Below are positions 11,808 to 34,255 of a DNA stretch of 64,000 bases, piece by piece (within the stretch, counting starts at the first letter, position 1; each line of letters starts with the position of its first letter). Both the position numbers and the translations under genes were made by a program. The stretch covers positions 186,001-250,000 of the forward strand of contig NIVC01000268.1 of assembly GCA_002269645.1 (NCBI GenBank), written 5' to 3'. Origin of the DNA: Macrostomum lignano. Lineage: Eukaryota. The notes beneath the pieces are model-generated. The model had not been told where the DNA came from and ran no database searches. It saw only the letters and a list, made by a program, of their open reading frames with translations.

Positions 11808-13027
11808 GGGAGCACGAGAAATGCCCGCAGACAAATTGCCTGCCAAGATTTGCCCGCCGAGCTTTTCTTGCCGAGATTTGCTCGCAGGAGATTTGCCTAC
11901 AGGGGGTTTGCCCGCTGAAATTTGACTGCAATACAATCTGCCCGCGAGTGAATTGCCCATGGAGATTTCCGCAATGCTTTTTCCTTTAGTGTTGCATTTA
12001 CTCGTACATGTAATGTAGCCTTGCAAGTAGCGACAGATTTGCCTGCATTGCATTTTGTCAACACCCAATGCTAAGTAATGTCATTTTTTATAAAAATATT
12101 TAGCCAATCAAATTGCTCCTGTAGTATACATGTAATTGTATTTCAAATTTCTCTATGCAAGTTTTTCTTATGGGAGAAGTTTTCATTTCTATAGTGGCAC
12201 ATCAGTGAGCCACATATATTCTATGTAGCTAATGCTATGTAGCTAACTTTTAACATCCCTTTCCCCTCCATTCTTTCCTATTGGCTCGTGACTGCCATAG
12301 ACAAAGTATTTTTTGTCTTGTTTTCACTTTTGTTCCCCTCTAAAAGGTCTGTCCCAGCATAGTATAAGCTCACATCAAAATATGCTTTCAGCCAATAGGA
12401 AGGAATGGGGGAAAAGGATGTTAAAAGTTAAGATTGAGCGAGATAAAAATAACTGGCTCAGATTAGCACTCCATTCTATTCTTTCCTCCATTGACAAGAC
12501 ATAATTGTAGAAAAGTTGTTGCAAAAGGAATTTTAGTTTTTTAGATTTTTCATTTCCCACAAAAAATCTCAACTGTGGCGCCAAAAATTGCATCGAGCAT
12601 GCTCTAGTCTAGGAGGACATTAGCTACGTAGAATATATGTGGCTCACTGATATGCTGCTATAGAAATGAAAACTTCTCCCACAAGAAAAACTTGCATAGA
12701 GAAATTTGAAATACAATTACATGTATATTACAGGAGCAATTTGATTGGCTAAATATTTTTATAAAAAATGACATTACTTAGCATTGGGTGTTGACAAAAC
12801 GCAATGCAGGCAAATCTGTTGCTACTCGCAAGGCTACATTACATGTACGAGTAAATGCAGCACTAAGTCTAAAGGAAAAAGCATTGCGGAAATCTTGGCA
12901 GGCAAATCTCTGCGGGCAATTCACTCGCAGGCAGATTGCATTGCGGGAAAATTACGGCAGGAAAAGCTCGGCGGGCAAATCTTGGCGGGCAATTTGTCTG
13001 CGGGCATTTCTCAAATCTCATGGACCC
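11808..13027. mobile_element. Mutator-like (MULE) non-autonomous element, about 420-bp TIRs, 9-bp TSD AATTATAAA
   Basis: Starts GGG and ends CCC; AATTATAAA at 11799-11807 and 13028-13036; arms 11808-12235 and 12617-13027 are inverted and carry TTTGCCCGC subterminal repeats. Confidence 0.85.
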
Positions 13028-14786
13028 AATTATAAATAGGACACTAATTATGATAAAATCATTTTCAGAATCTCTAAATGAAAATGCTAACAAATGCAAT
13101 AATTAATAAATATAACTTTAACATATAGGGTTTTGCTATAGCTATAGATATGGCTGTGGTTATAGTGGCAACAGATATTTTCTAAGTAGCTAGGCCTAGT
13201 TCACATAGTTTAGGGCCTAATAGTTGATATAGGCCCTAGTTATATCGAAGTTATTTTTGTTTTTGTCTCGCCACAATTACAAACACAAATAATTTCTGTA
13301 TTGTAAATCCATGTAAGAAAAGAAGCAGTTGTTTGATTGGTAATAGGACCAGAATGACTGCACAAACTCTATCCAAACCCATAATACTTTGATCACGCTG
13401 AAAATATAAAAGCTGGGAATTGGTAAGTTGTTGACGGTACGGTACGTCCTTAAAAACTAACTGCTTACTTAGCGATTAATTATTAAAGATATTATTTACA
13501 AAAACTTGCGTACAGTTTCATTGAGTATGGCTACATGATTTTTTGTTTCAAGTGTAATATACCATTACAACTTGTTTAATAGCAATTTGTTGTGGTACGA
13601 TTTAAAAAAGATTTACGATTTCTTGGAAACAGCTTTGTGAAGGCAAATGCTGCGAACATGAAGCGGATTCCTAATAGTAATAGTTGTAGTGCCATTAGTA
13701 TGTTTACAGTATGTATAATTTCATTTTTATAAGCATTTTTATAAGCATTAAAGTTATAACTATTTAAATTGAAAATAAAACGAGTATCTAATCTATTAAA
13801 ATAAAATAAGTTTTTTAGAATTTACTGTTGTGACGTTGTCTATGTTGACTGATTTAACCAGACTTCTTGCTAACAATACGACCTAAATGAAATCAAAACT
13901 AATAAGCCTATTTGATAGATATTATTGGCCTCGCTAAATGCTAACCCTATTACTAATAGGCCTACTGTAATAGGGGTTAACTTGTTCATTGTTCATAACT
14001 CTATCAATAGTATCAATATCAACAACCCTGTCAATATCAATAGTATTAAAACAAGTCTAAAATATAGGTATAGAGTAGACATATATCCTACCAATATTAA
14101 GGGGATCTACACAATTGTCAATGAAAGTGATTTTTTATCCAAATCCAATATTATACAAATAATGTTTCTTTTATTTGTAACTAGATAATTAATATTTGTT
14201 TTTTGTCCAATATTAGTTGGATATAATGTTGGTTTTACTTGTCTAGTATGGCTTGGGATGAGAAAAATTTTGTCAGTTTTATTTGTCTAATGTTATATAC
14301 TTTCCTATATACTAAAAATATAATTGTTCCTAAATTCATAATCATAAAAATACTATTACAGTATTAGTATTATGCATTTTATTTCTAAATAGAAATTATT
14401 CAAATTTGAATTTTAAGTAGAAATTACTCCAAGTAGAATTTTAAGTAGGCCTAGAAATTGTATATGCCATGTTCTCTATCTGACTATCCCTAGGTATATT
14501 GGAATAAGTAGACAAAAGATATCTAACCATTTATTATCATAATTTTGGAACCTTGCAGTATTTTTGTCATAGCTAGAATCAAAAGCAGGTAATGTTGTAG
14601 CATAGGCCTAGTATGGTTTTTAGATAAATATCAAAAGTAACTATGACTATTGTATTAAGGGTGGCTAAATGCCTCATCATCTAATTAGTACTATGTTTGT
14701 ATTTAGTTAGTATAAAAGTTAAAATATGTTCTATATTGCATTGCATTTTTGAGCTACAATTTTAGATCCTATGTTGCACATCCACA

Positions 14787-15152
14787 TTTTTTTTTGTTAA
14801 AGGCAGGGGGTTGTGTGCACCTTGGCGCATTTTAAGCAACATAGGCACACAACTGGCGAGAGGCATTACTGCCCATTCCGCTGACTCCCCTGAGCAAGCA
14901 CACAAGCGTACAGATACGTACGTAGGCACACACTCACATAGGAGTGTATAGTGGCCCTAACTTTATACGAGGAATTGTTAGGCATGTACATTTCATTGCG
15001 CCTTGGGAGGCTGGCTCTCAAGGCCATTAATTGCACAAGCAGAGCCAAGCTAAGATTCCAATTCAGCCCCAAATTAATGTGATTGCACTTGGAATTGAGC
15101 CTGGGTCGTTGGCATACCAGAGCCTGCGCTAAACCGCTGGGCTACGGCCCCC
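14787..15152 (-). mobile_element. full-length SINE family A with A-tail and 13-bp TSD
   Basis: TSD TTGCACATCCACA at 14774-14786 and 15153-15165; tRNA-like head at 15152; poly(A) (T-run on plus) at 14787. Confidence 0.9.
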
Positions 15153-15539
15153 TTGCACATCCACAGGTTTTCTACACTTATTCTAATAGGGTTTTCTAGT
15201 ATTAGACCTAAGCCTATTCAACTTATTGACTAGAGGTTAGACACGATCTTAATCTTGCAATCAATATTCTAGATTTTGACTTTTTTCTCAATTGAATCTT
15301 GATTAAAGAAAGTGACAAGAATTTGAAATATAAAATAAAATTGAAAAATAAAAAGGCTAAAAAGCCCTCTTAGGTTGGATACTAACCAATATTCTAAATA
15401 TAGTGTAGATTATCTACATCAATCAGGGACAACTAGAAAAAAGGATAGGAAATGGATAATAGTCATTTTGTCAATTGCACTAGCATTTTGTCAACTTTAT
15501 CAACAAATTGACCAAAGTGTTGGGGCAACTTTATTGACA

Positions 15540-16812
15540 GTTGAAAAAATGACCAATGACTAAAGCACTTGCTTATTGCCAAAATGACCAATAACTAAGG
15601 CACTTGCTTATTGACAAAATGACCAATGACTAAGGCACTTGCTTATTGACAAAATGACTAATAACTAAGGCACTTGTGACTTGCTTATTGACAAAATGAC
15701 CAATAACTAAGGCACTTGCTTATTGACAAAATGACCAATGACTAAGGCACTTGCTTATTGACAAAATGACCAATAACTAAGGCACTTGCTTATTGACAAA
15801 ATGACCAATAACTAAGGCACTTGCTTATTGACAAAATGACCAATAACTAAGGCACTTGTGACTTGCTTATTGACAAAATGACCAATAACTAAGGCACTTG
15901 CTTATTGACAAAATGACCAATAACTAAGGCACTTGTGACTTGCTTATTGACAAAATGACCAATAACTAAGGCACTTGCTTATTGACAAAATGACCAATGA
16001 CTAAGGCACTTGCTTATTGACAAAATGACCAATAACTAAGGCACTTGCTTATTGACAAAATGACCAATGACTAAGGCACTTGCTTATTGACAAAATGACC
16101 AATAACTAAGGCACTTGCTTATTGACAAAATGACCAATAACTAAGGCACTTGCTTATTGACAAAATGACCAATAACTAAGGCACTTGTGACTTGCTTATT
16201 GACAAAATGACCAATAACTAAGGCACTTGCTTATTGACAAAATGACCAATGACTAAGGCACTTGCTTATTGACAAAATGACCAATAACTAAGGCACTTGC
16301 TTATTGACAAAATGACCAATGACTAAGGCACTTGCTTATTGAAAAAATGACCAATAACTAAGGCACTTGCTTATTGACAAAATTACCAATAACTAAGGCA
16401 CTTGCTTATTGACAAAATTACCAATAACTAAGGCTCTTGTGACTTGATTATTGACAAAATGACAATAACTAAGGCACTTGCTTATTGACAAAATGACCAA
16501 TAACTAAGGCACTTGCTTATTGACAAAATGACCAATGACTAAGGCACTTGCTTATTGACAAAATGACCAATGACTAAGGCACTTGTGACTTGCTTATTGA
16601 CAAAATGACCAATAACTAAGGCACTTGCTTATTGACAAAATGACCAATAACTAAGGCACTTGCTTATTGACAAAATGACCAATAACTAAGGCACTTGCTT
16701 ATTGACAAAATGACCAATGACTAAAGCACTTGCTTATTGACTAAATGACCAATGACTAAAGCACTTGCTTATTGACAAAATGACCAATGACCAAAGCAAT
16801 TGCTTATTGACA
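15540..16812. repeat. 35-bp minisatellite CTAAGGCACTTGCTTATTGACAAAATGACCAATAA (with a +7-bp variant)
   Basis: About 35 highly similar units, CpG-free. Confidence 0.95.
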
Positions 16813-17850
16813 AGTGACTAAAATTTACTTTTTTTGAATGATATATATCTGATACAACTGTAATAATTTGCTGCTTATAATAATTGTTATTTATATATTG
16901 ATGTTATTGTACTAATTATTCTATTTTATTTAAAATGATTAAATTTAGCATTCAATTTCTTTATTAGGCCTACTATTACTTGTATATACAATATACATAT
17001 ATGCATACACTAGAAGTGAAATATAATACTCTGATATAAATTTTCTATGTAAATGCATCATTGGCCATGTGTACTCAACTCCAATTCTAACCCATATGCA
17101 TCTGTGCCTTATGAATCTTGTATATTTATATTTTGCAACTACACATGTATATATATTTATATGGGTCTCAATTAATTTTATCAAATTGAATATATCAAGG
17201 AGTGCTATAGTTTTTATAAAGTTAAGAACATTTGCAAACATAGTAAAAGTATTGCAGATCTTTGCAGAGGCCCCTTGGGATTGTGGATAATTGGTAGATT
17301 GCATGCCCCTTATTCCCACCTTTTTACCCCACTGTGTGCAATCAACCAAAGCTGATTCTTTGCAGCAAATCTTAATAGTTGACATTGCTATTGTTGCCTG
17401 TATAGTAGGTCAAAAGGCTGCATTAGGCATACCTTTGTATAGAGCATGGCATTAGTCTTGCTGTCTAGGCTACTGTGTATTCCAAGTGTTACACATAGCA
17501 TGGCTGCATGTTTTTTGTGCAGCATCTAGCTGTCTCCAAGGTTTCAATCAGGGTCTAGGTCTTGGCATTGAACAATAGTGATCTATTTACATATTGTTTG
17601 AATTTGATTTTTATGATACTATAAACATTGCTAGTTTAATACAAGGATCTAGCATTGAATATGCTAGTTAAGTTTTTAGAGACATTTCTCTCAAATAAAA
17701 ATACATGAACCTGGTATTACTATCAATATATACTGGAAGGGGTTTTCTCTATTGATTGACTGACTATTAAAATTTAATACTTACCTTGTGCCTTTGCTAC
17801 TTAGGCTAGGCATGCAGCACACTTAGGTAGGGTAATTCCATGAGAGTAAT

Positions 17851-18148
17851 CATACATGCGCAACCTCCAAAACTTGGTCGGCCATGCGACTTAGTTTTAA
17901 CAAAAATGCGACGTAGTTTTTGGCCAAAAATGCGACTTGCATGTAATAAAAACCCTAAAGCAAAATTAACGCAACTTTGGGTAAACGGCAGGAGTACCTG
18001 TAACTGTCTTATTAGGTCAAAATGCCTCGTCAGCTACTTAGTAATACTACTTGGGTATTTTTCGGGTGGGTATTTTTGCGACTTCCTTGATTGGCTGCCA
18101 AATCGGTCGGCCGGATCGGCCGACTCGGCCGACTGTTGCTCATGTATG
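17851..18148. mobile_element. hAT MITE (TIR CATACATGCGCAAC, 8-bp TSD AGAGTAAT)
   Basis: TSD at 17843-17850 and 18149-18156. Confidence 0.9.
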
Positions 18149-18361
18149 AGAGTAATAGTCGTTTTTGGTATAGCTTTTTCAACTTTTAATGCCTATAACT
18201 TTGAAAATATTTCAAGTATTATAATGAAAACTCTCAAATTAATAGAAAATATCTACAACTATTTACTCCTAAAGTTTCGGGAAAAATGCCTAATGCATCT
18301 GACTGGTGGAGTCTGAAAAAAGATTTGTAATGGTCGTTTTTAATGAAGAGATCACCATAAG

Positions 18362-18637
18362 CATACATGCGCAACAGTCGGCCGAGTCGGCCGATCCGGC
18401 CGACCGATTTGGCGGCCAACCAAGGAAGTCGCAAAAATGCCCACCCGAAAAACACACACCGAAGTAGTAGTACTAAGTAGCTGACGAGGCATTTTGGCTT
18501 TAAAGGATAGTCATAGTTACTCCTGCCGTTTACCCAAAGTTGCGTTAATTTTTCTTCACGGTTTCTTACATCTAAGTCGCATTTTTGTTAAAACTTAGTC
18601 GCACGGCCGACCGAATTTTGGAGGTTGCGCATGTATG
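18362..18637. mobile_element. hAT MITE, same family, inverted relative to the 17851 copy (TSD ACCATAAG)
   Basis: TSD at 18354-18361 and 18638-18645; internal sequence is the reverse complement of 17851-18148. Confidence 0.9.
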
Positions 18638-20426
18638 ACCATAAGCATAGCATAGTTTATGCTCTGCTATGTTTTCAGTTGTTTTAGAATTCATAAGCAG
18701 CTATGTGAAAAATATAGAACTAGAAGTTCAACACAGATTGCTTTTTGCAGCTTTGTTCTATCTATTATGGTTCAAAAGTTACAAGTGCTTAAAGTTCAAA
18801 AACATGATGGGACCCTATTGTGGAATGATATAACTTGTCCATCTAATATTTTGACAATATCTCATTGTTTTATATATGACTTAATAATATTGTCCTAGGG
18901 GTTTTGTCTGTCTTTTATAACAATTGCACCATTGCCACCTATGTTGTGCTAGACTGCTAAGGATTATCTTCTAAAGCAATGTCTTGATATATTTTTAAAA
19001 CTGGTAGCATATTATGTAAGTTGGTAGGCCTAATGTTAAATGTATTATGTAAAGTTGGCTGCATATTATGTATTATTGTTCTAAGCAGTCTTCTGGAACT
19101 ATATTACTTTTGTTACTTTATGTATTAGTTTTATCCTATTGAGCTTTTCCCTCAGTCTGGGAATTACTAGGATCAGAGGGTTGAGGCTTACACCTTGGTA
19201 GATTTTTTCTTCTATTAAGTTCTTTAGATCCTAAGTCTAGATGTTCTTATCCTCTGATAGTTGTTCTGCCCTTAAGGCAATTTCCTAGATTATAGATCTA
19301 GATGTCTCACATTCTAAACAATTTATTTTCCTAATCTTTGGATTTATTCTGATGCTACTATCTACTACTATAAGTAATTAACATCGAAGTAAATACTAGC
19401 CTTGAGGCTGATTATCATTTTTTCTCCAAATAGAGTCATGATCAAGAGACATGATCAAATGATCAAGATGATATAACCGCCCTTGTCGCCTGTCCGCTCC
19501 GTTGAGAGACGAACGCATGACTAGAGGGGGCAATGACCGTAGGCTGCCTATGACCGGGCAATGACCTGACGGACCTCCAGCACCAGACTGTCCCGCCCAC
19601 ATGATTGATAGCTTTGGTAGCGCTTCGTGACCAGAGGGCCAAGGACCCACATGGACCCCACCTGTAGCCAAGGTGCAATAGTTGGTCACTCGGTCCTAGT
19701 ATGACCGAGTGGCTGCCACCACTCTATGTGACCTGACCTGGCGCACCTGGATCTTACTACCAGACCTCTCGAGGCTAGAGCCCCGCCTGGGATGGTTACC
19801 AGGAGATTTAGGCTAACAGGGGAGACACATGCAGCCGAGTACAGGGACTCTGCTTGGGGCATGATCGGGAACTCTGGGCTCAATCTGGAGGATTTCTCAG
19901 CAGGGGATCCTTTGTGGCTGTGAGCGAGGCTGACTTGCGACTTTGATTACTAAGAGTAGTATGAGGTGAACATGTACTGTCTATAATTTAGATGGCTCAG
20001 GGCGAAGGGACGCGTCAGCATGGGGTTGCAACCTTCCTACTGCCATTCTGTGCCAAGACTCGCTAATCCCTCTACTGCACGCACACGCGGCCCCGCAGCA
20101 CGCACTCACAGGCGGGTTTTGCACGGGGAGAGGCCATTAGCTTACCCCACTTCCTTATGCTTCGCCACCCTGGGAGAAAGGCTTAGCAAGCCATGGGTGA
20201 AATGATGGTGAAAGAGTGAATAATGATGAGGTTAGTTAATAGTTAATAATTAGGCCCTTAGGCAAATAATCAGGCAATTAGGCGGCTTCACTATTGAGTA
20301 AAATACAGCAAAAGATACGGTATCACAATTGGCTCAGCTCTCTAATTAAGCAATGGAAAATAGGCAAACCCCGGATAAGCAAAGGCGATTAGAGCACAAA
20401 TTAGTGATAGGAACTTTCGAACTTAC

Positions 20427-20840
20427 CGGCAGCTGCACAGAGAGAGAGAGAGGCGGAGTGACCGAGGGCGGCTGTAGGCTGCAGTCAGGCAGACAGTGAA
20501 GCGGCGATGCGCTGAAGCGACGAGGCGCTGATGTAGATCAGGCGATGCTGATGATGCTGGGCGGTATCAGACCGCTGGCCGATAGGCGAGCTCACTTGGG
20601 GAGCTGAAGATAACTTGGCGGTAACAGACCGCGGACCGGTAGGGGTTCGTCTTATAGACGGGAAAGTCAGACCAATGTCTGACTGCAAGTCCAAAGAAGG
20701 ACGAGGAGACGAACAGTCTGAGGATTCTCATGCCGAAATCGCTTCCTTTTATAGCCTTCACAGCCGCCTCTCCAAGGTCGTTTCCATGACTCCCTCTCTC
20801 TGATTGGCTGCCGGCCGAATGACGTCAGAATGAGTCATGA
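20427..20840 (-). promoter_or_regulatory. candidate Pol II promoter (AP-1, CRE, CCAAT, TATA) with an ATG-free first exon ending at a CCG|GTAAGT donor
   Basis: TGAGTCA 20831, TGACGTCA 20820, AGCCAATCA 20801-20809, TATAAAA 20747-20753 (minus), Inr-like TCA about 20720, donor at 20426. Confidence 0.5.
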
Positions 20841-21986
20841 TGAGAAACATGAGACCGGCATAGCAACATGAGAAATAGGGAAATTGCGCAATCCGGAGGT
20901 GGGGTGGGGGGATAATTGGCGCAGCGGGTGGTCGCGAAAATGTTGCGCAAGCAAACATTGAGAACAATGGGACTGGGGTCGAGAACAAAGGAATTCGAAA
21001 ACGGGGATAATTGGGGAGAATTGAGAACAATAGAAAAGTAAACATTGGAGAAAAGGTGATAATTAGGTGCGAAAACGAGAACAAAAGAAAGAGAAAATCG
21101 GAGAAAATGTGATAATTGGTGGGGGTCGAGAGAACAAAAGAATCAAAAACGAGAACAATAGAAGCGGAGGTGGGGTGGGTGTCGCATGAGAAATTTGGGG
21201 AGGAGAACAATGGTATGAGAAAAGGTTGCGCAAGAGAGGGGGATGAGGCATCGATGAGTCACCGAGGGGGAGAAGGGGTCACACGACTTGCGTCACCGTT
21301 TGGGAGTTTGAGAGGGGATGGGGAGACGGTGAGCACACAACATACTGTAAGTAGACGCCGGGAAAGGGAGGACGGAGCCGAAAAATAGGGTGAAAAGGGG
21401 CAAAAAGAGGGGGGACAGGAAAAGTACATAAAGAATAGGGAGGCGCGCAGGGGAGATAGGGTAGAGGGGAAGGTACAAAGAGGGAGGGGGGGGGCTCCGG
21501 AAAGGCAAGTGTGGCGGCAGGGAAGACGGAGCCAAGGCAGCAGGAGGGTGCAGCAGAGCGGGAGTCTCCAGGCCTGGTTGAAGACCTGGCCGAGTCTCAA
21601 CAGCTCTGTGCAGGGGGTGCACGGCGATAGGAGGCACTTTCGAAAAAGTTTCCCTGCCCTATCCCGCGACCAGAACGTGGTTACATCAAAGAGAAGAAGC
21701 AAAGATCTAAACGAGTTTATTATTTAGCTTATAGCTTAATCCTATTTTATACTAAAAGATCCTTACTGTTGAAAACAACAAAATTATATGCAATAATACT
21801 TGTAGTTATACTAAAATAGTTTAATATTCCTACAGTATAACAGTGATGGTTTTTAAAAAAATGCCAATTTATAAGAAAGTAAGAAAGTATCAACAAAATT
21901 TTATCTTACATAGAAACAACTATTGGTGTTTTCTTCAATGAAGACTATATTTTTATACTTTTTCAATTCTTTTGCAGCATTAGTAC

Positions 21987-22158
21987 CATACATGCGCAAC
22001 TTTGGGATTCGCTCGGCCGTTTCTATTGGCGGCACACACATGTGAGTCGCTATTGGCTGAGAGCAGTCACGTGACTACTACTCCGTCCAATAGCGACTTA
22101 CATGTGTGTGTTGCCGGTGGAGGCGGCCGAGTGGATCCCAAGGTTGCGCCCAAGCATG
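21987..22158. mobile_element. palindromic hAT MITE (same TIR family) 50 bp upstream of the PHAF1 ATG
   Basis: Left TIR CATACATGCGCAAC, degraded right TIR, TSD ATTAGTAC at 21979-21986 and 22159-22166. Confidence 0.8.
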
Positions 22159-22208
22159 ATTAGTACAACATATATGATAAAAATAAGAATCATTATAATA
22201 TCGAAGTC

Positions 22209-33240
<11,032 letters not shown>

Positions 33241-33289
33241 TTACGCCTGCGGTACTTTCTGTTCTGGGTGAGTTTTGATTCCTGCTTAG

Positions 33290-34255
33290 GGTTTAGAATT
33301 ATGCATTTAGAATTAGGATTAGGCATCTGGAATTAGGATTGAGCATCTGGGATTTTGGATTAGGCATTTTGGATTTAGGATTAGGCACCTGGAATTGAGG
33401 ATAAGGCATCTAGAATTTAGGATTAGGCTACTAGAATTTAGGATTAGGCATCTAGGATTTAGGATTAGGCATCTAGGATTTAGGATTAGGCATCTAGGAT
33501 TTAGGGTTAGGCTTCTAGGATTTAGGATTAGGCATCTAGGATTTAGGGTTAGGCTACTAGGATTTAGGATTAGGCTACTAGGATTTAGGATTAGGCTACT
33601 AGGATTTAGGATTAGCATCTGGGATTTAGGATTAGGCTACTAGGATTTAGGATTAGGCTACTAGGATTTAGGATTAGCATCTGGGATTTAGGATTAGGCT
33701 ACTAGGATTTAGGATTAGGCTACTAGGATTTAGGATTAGCATCTGGGATTTAGGGTTAGGCTGCTAGGATTTAGGATTAGGCATCTGGGATTTAGGATTA
33801 GGCATCTGGGATTTAGGATTAGGCATCTGGGATTTAGGATTAAGCATCTAGGAATTGGGATTATGCACCTGGAGTTAAGGATAAGGCATTTCGGATTCAG
33901 GATTGGGCATCTGGGATTTAGGGTTAGGCTACTAGGATTTAGGATTATGCACCTGGAATTAAGGATAAAGCATCTGGGATTTAGGGTTAGGCTACTAGGA
34001 TTTAGGATTATGCACCTGGAATTAAGGATAAAGCATCTGGGATTTAGGGTTAGGCTACTAGGATTTAGGATTAGGCATCTGGGATTTAGGATTAGGCATC
34101 TAGGATTTGGGATTAGGCACCTGGAATTAAGGATAAGGCATTTCGGATTCAGGATTGGGCATCTGGGGTTTAGGATTAGGTATCTGAGATTTAGGATTAG
34201 GCATCTGGGATTCAGGATTAGGACTAGGATTTAGGATTGAGCATCTGGGATTTAG
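33290..34255. repeat. 21-bp minisatellite GGATTTAGGATTAGGCATCTG just 3' of the PHAF1 stop
   Basis: Built from TTAGG(A/C/G) blocks. Confidence 0.93.

Noticed and set aside
15540-16812. CRISPR-like regular 35-bp repeats (also the 26-33-bp arrays elsewhere)
   Set aside because: Units are contiguous with no unique spacers, there are no cas genes, and the context is eukaryotic.
17240-17330. KKVGI..STNYPQSQG, resembling a retroviral integrase core
   Set aside because: The upstream D-N-G motif and the catalytic Glu are absent; the match is too short.
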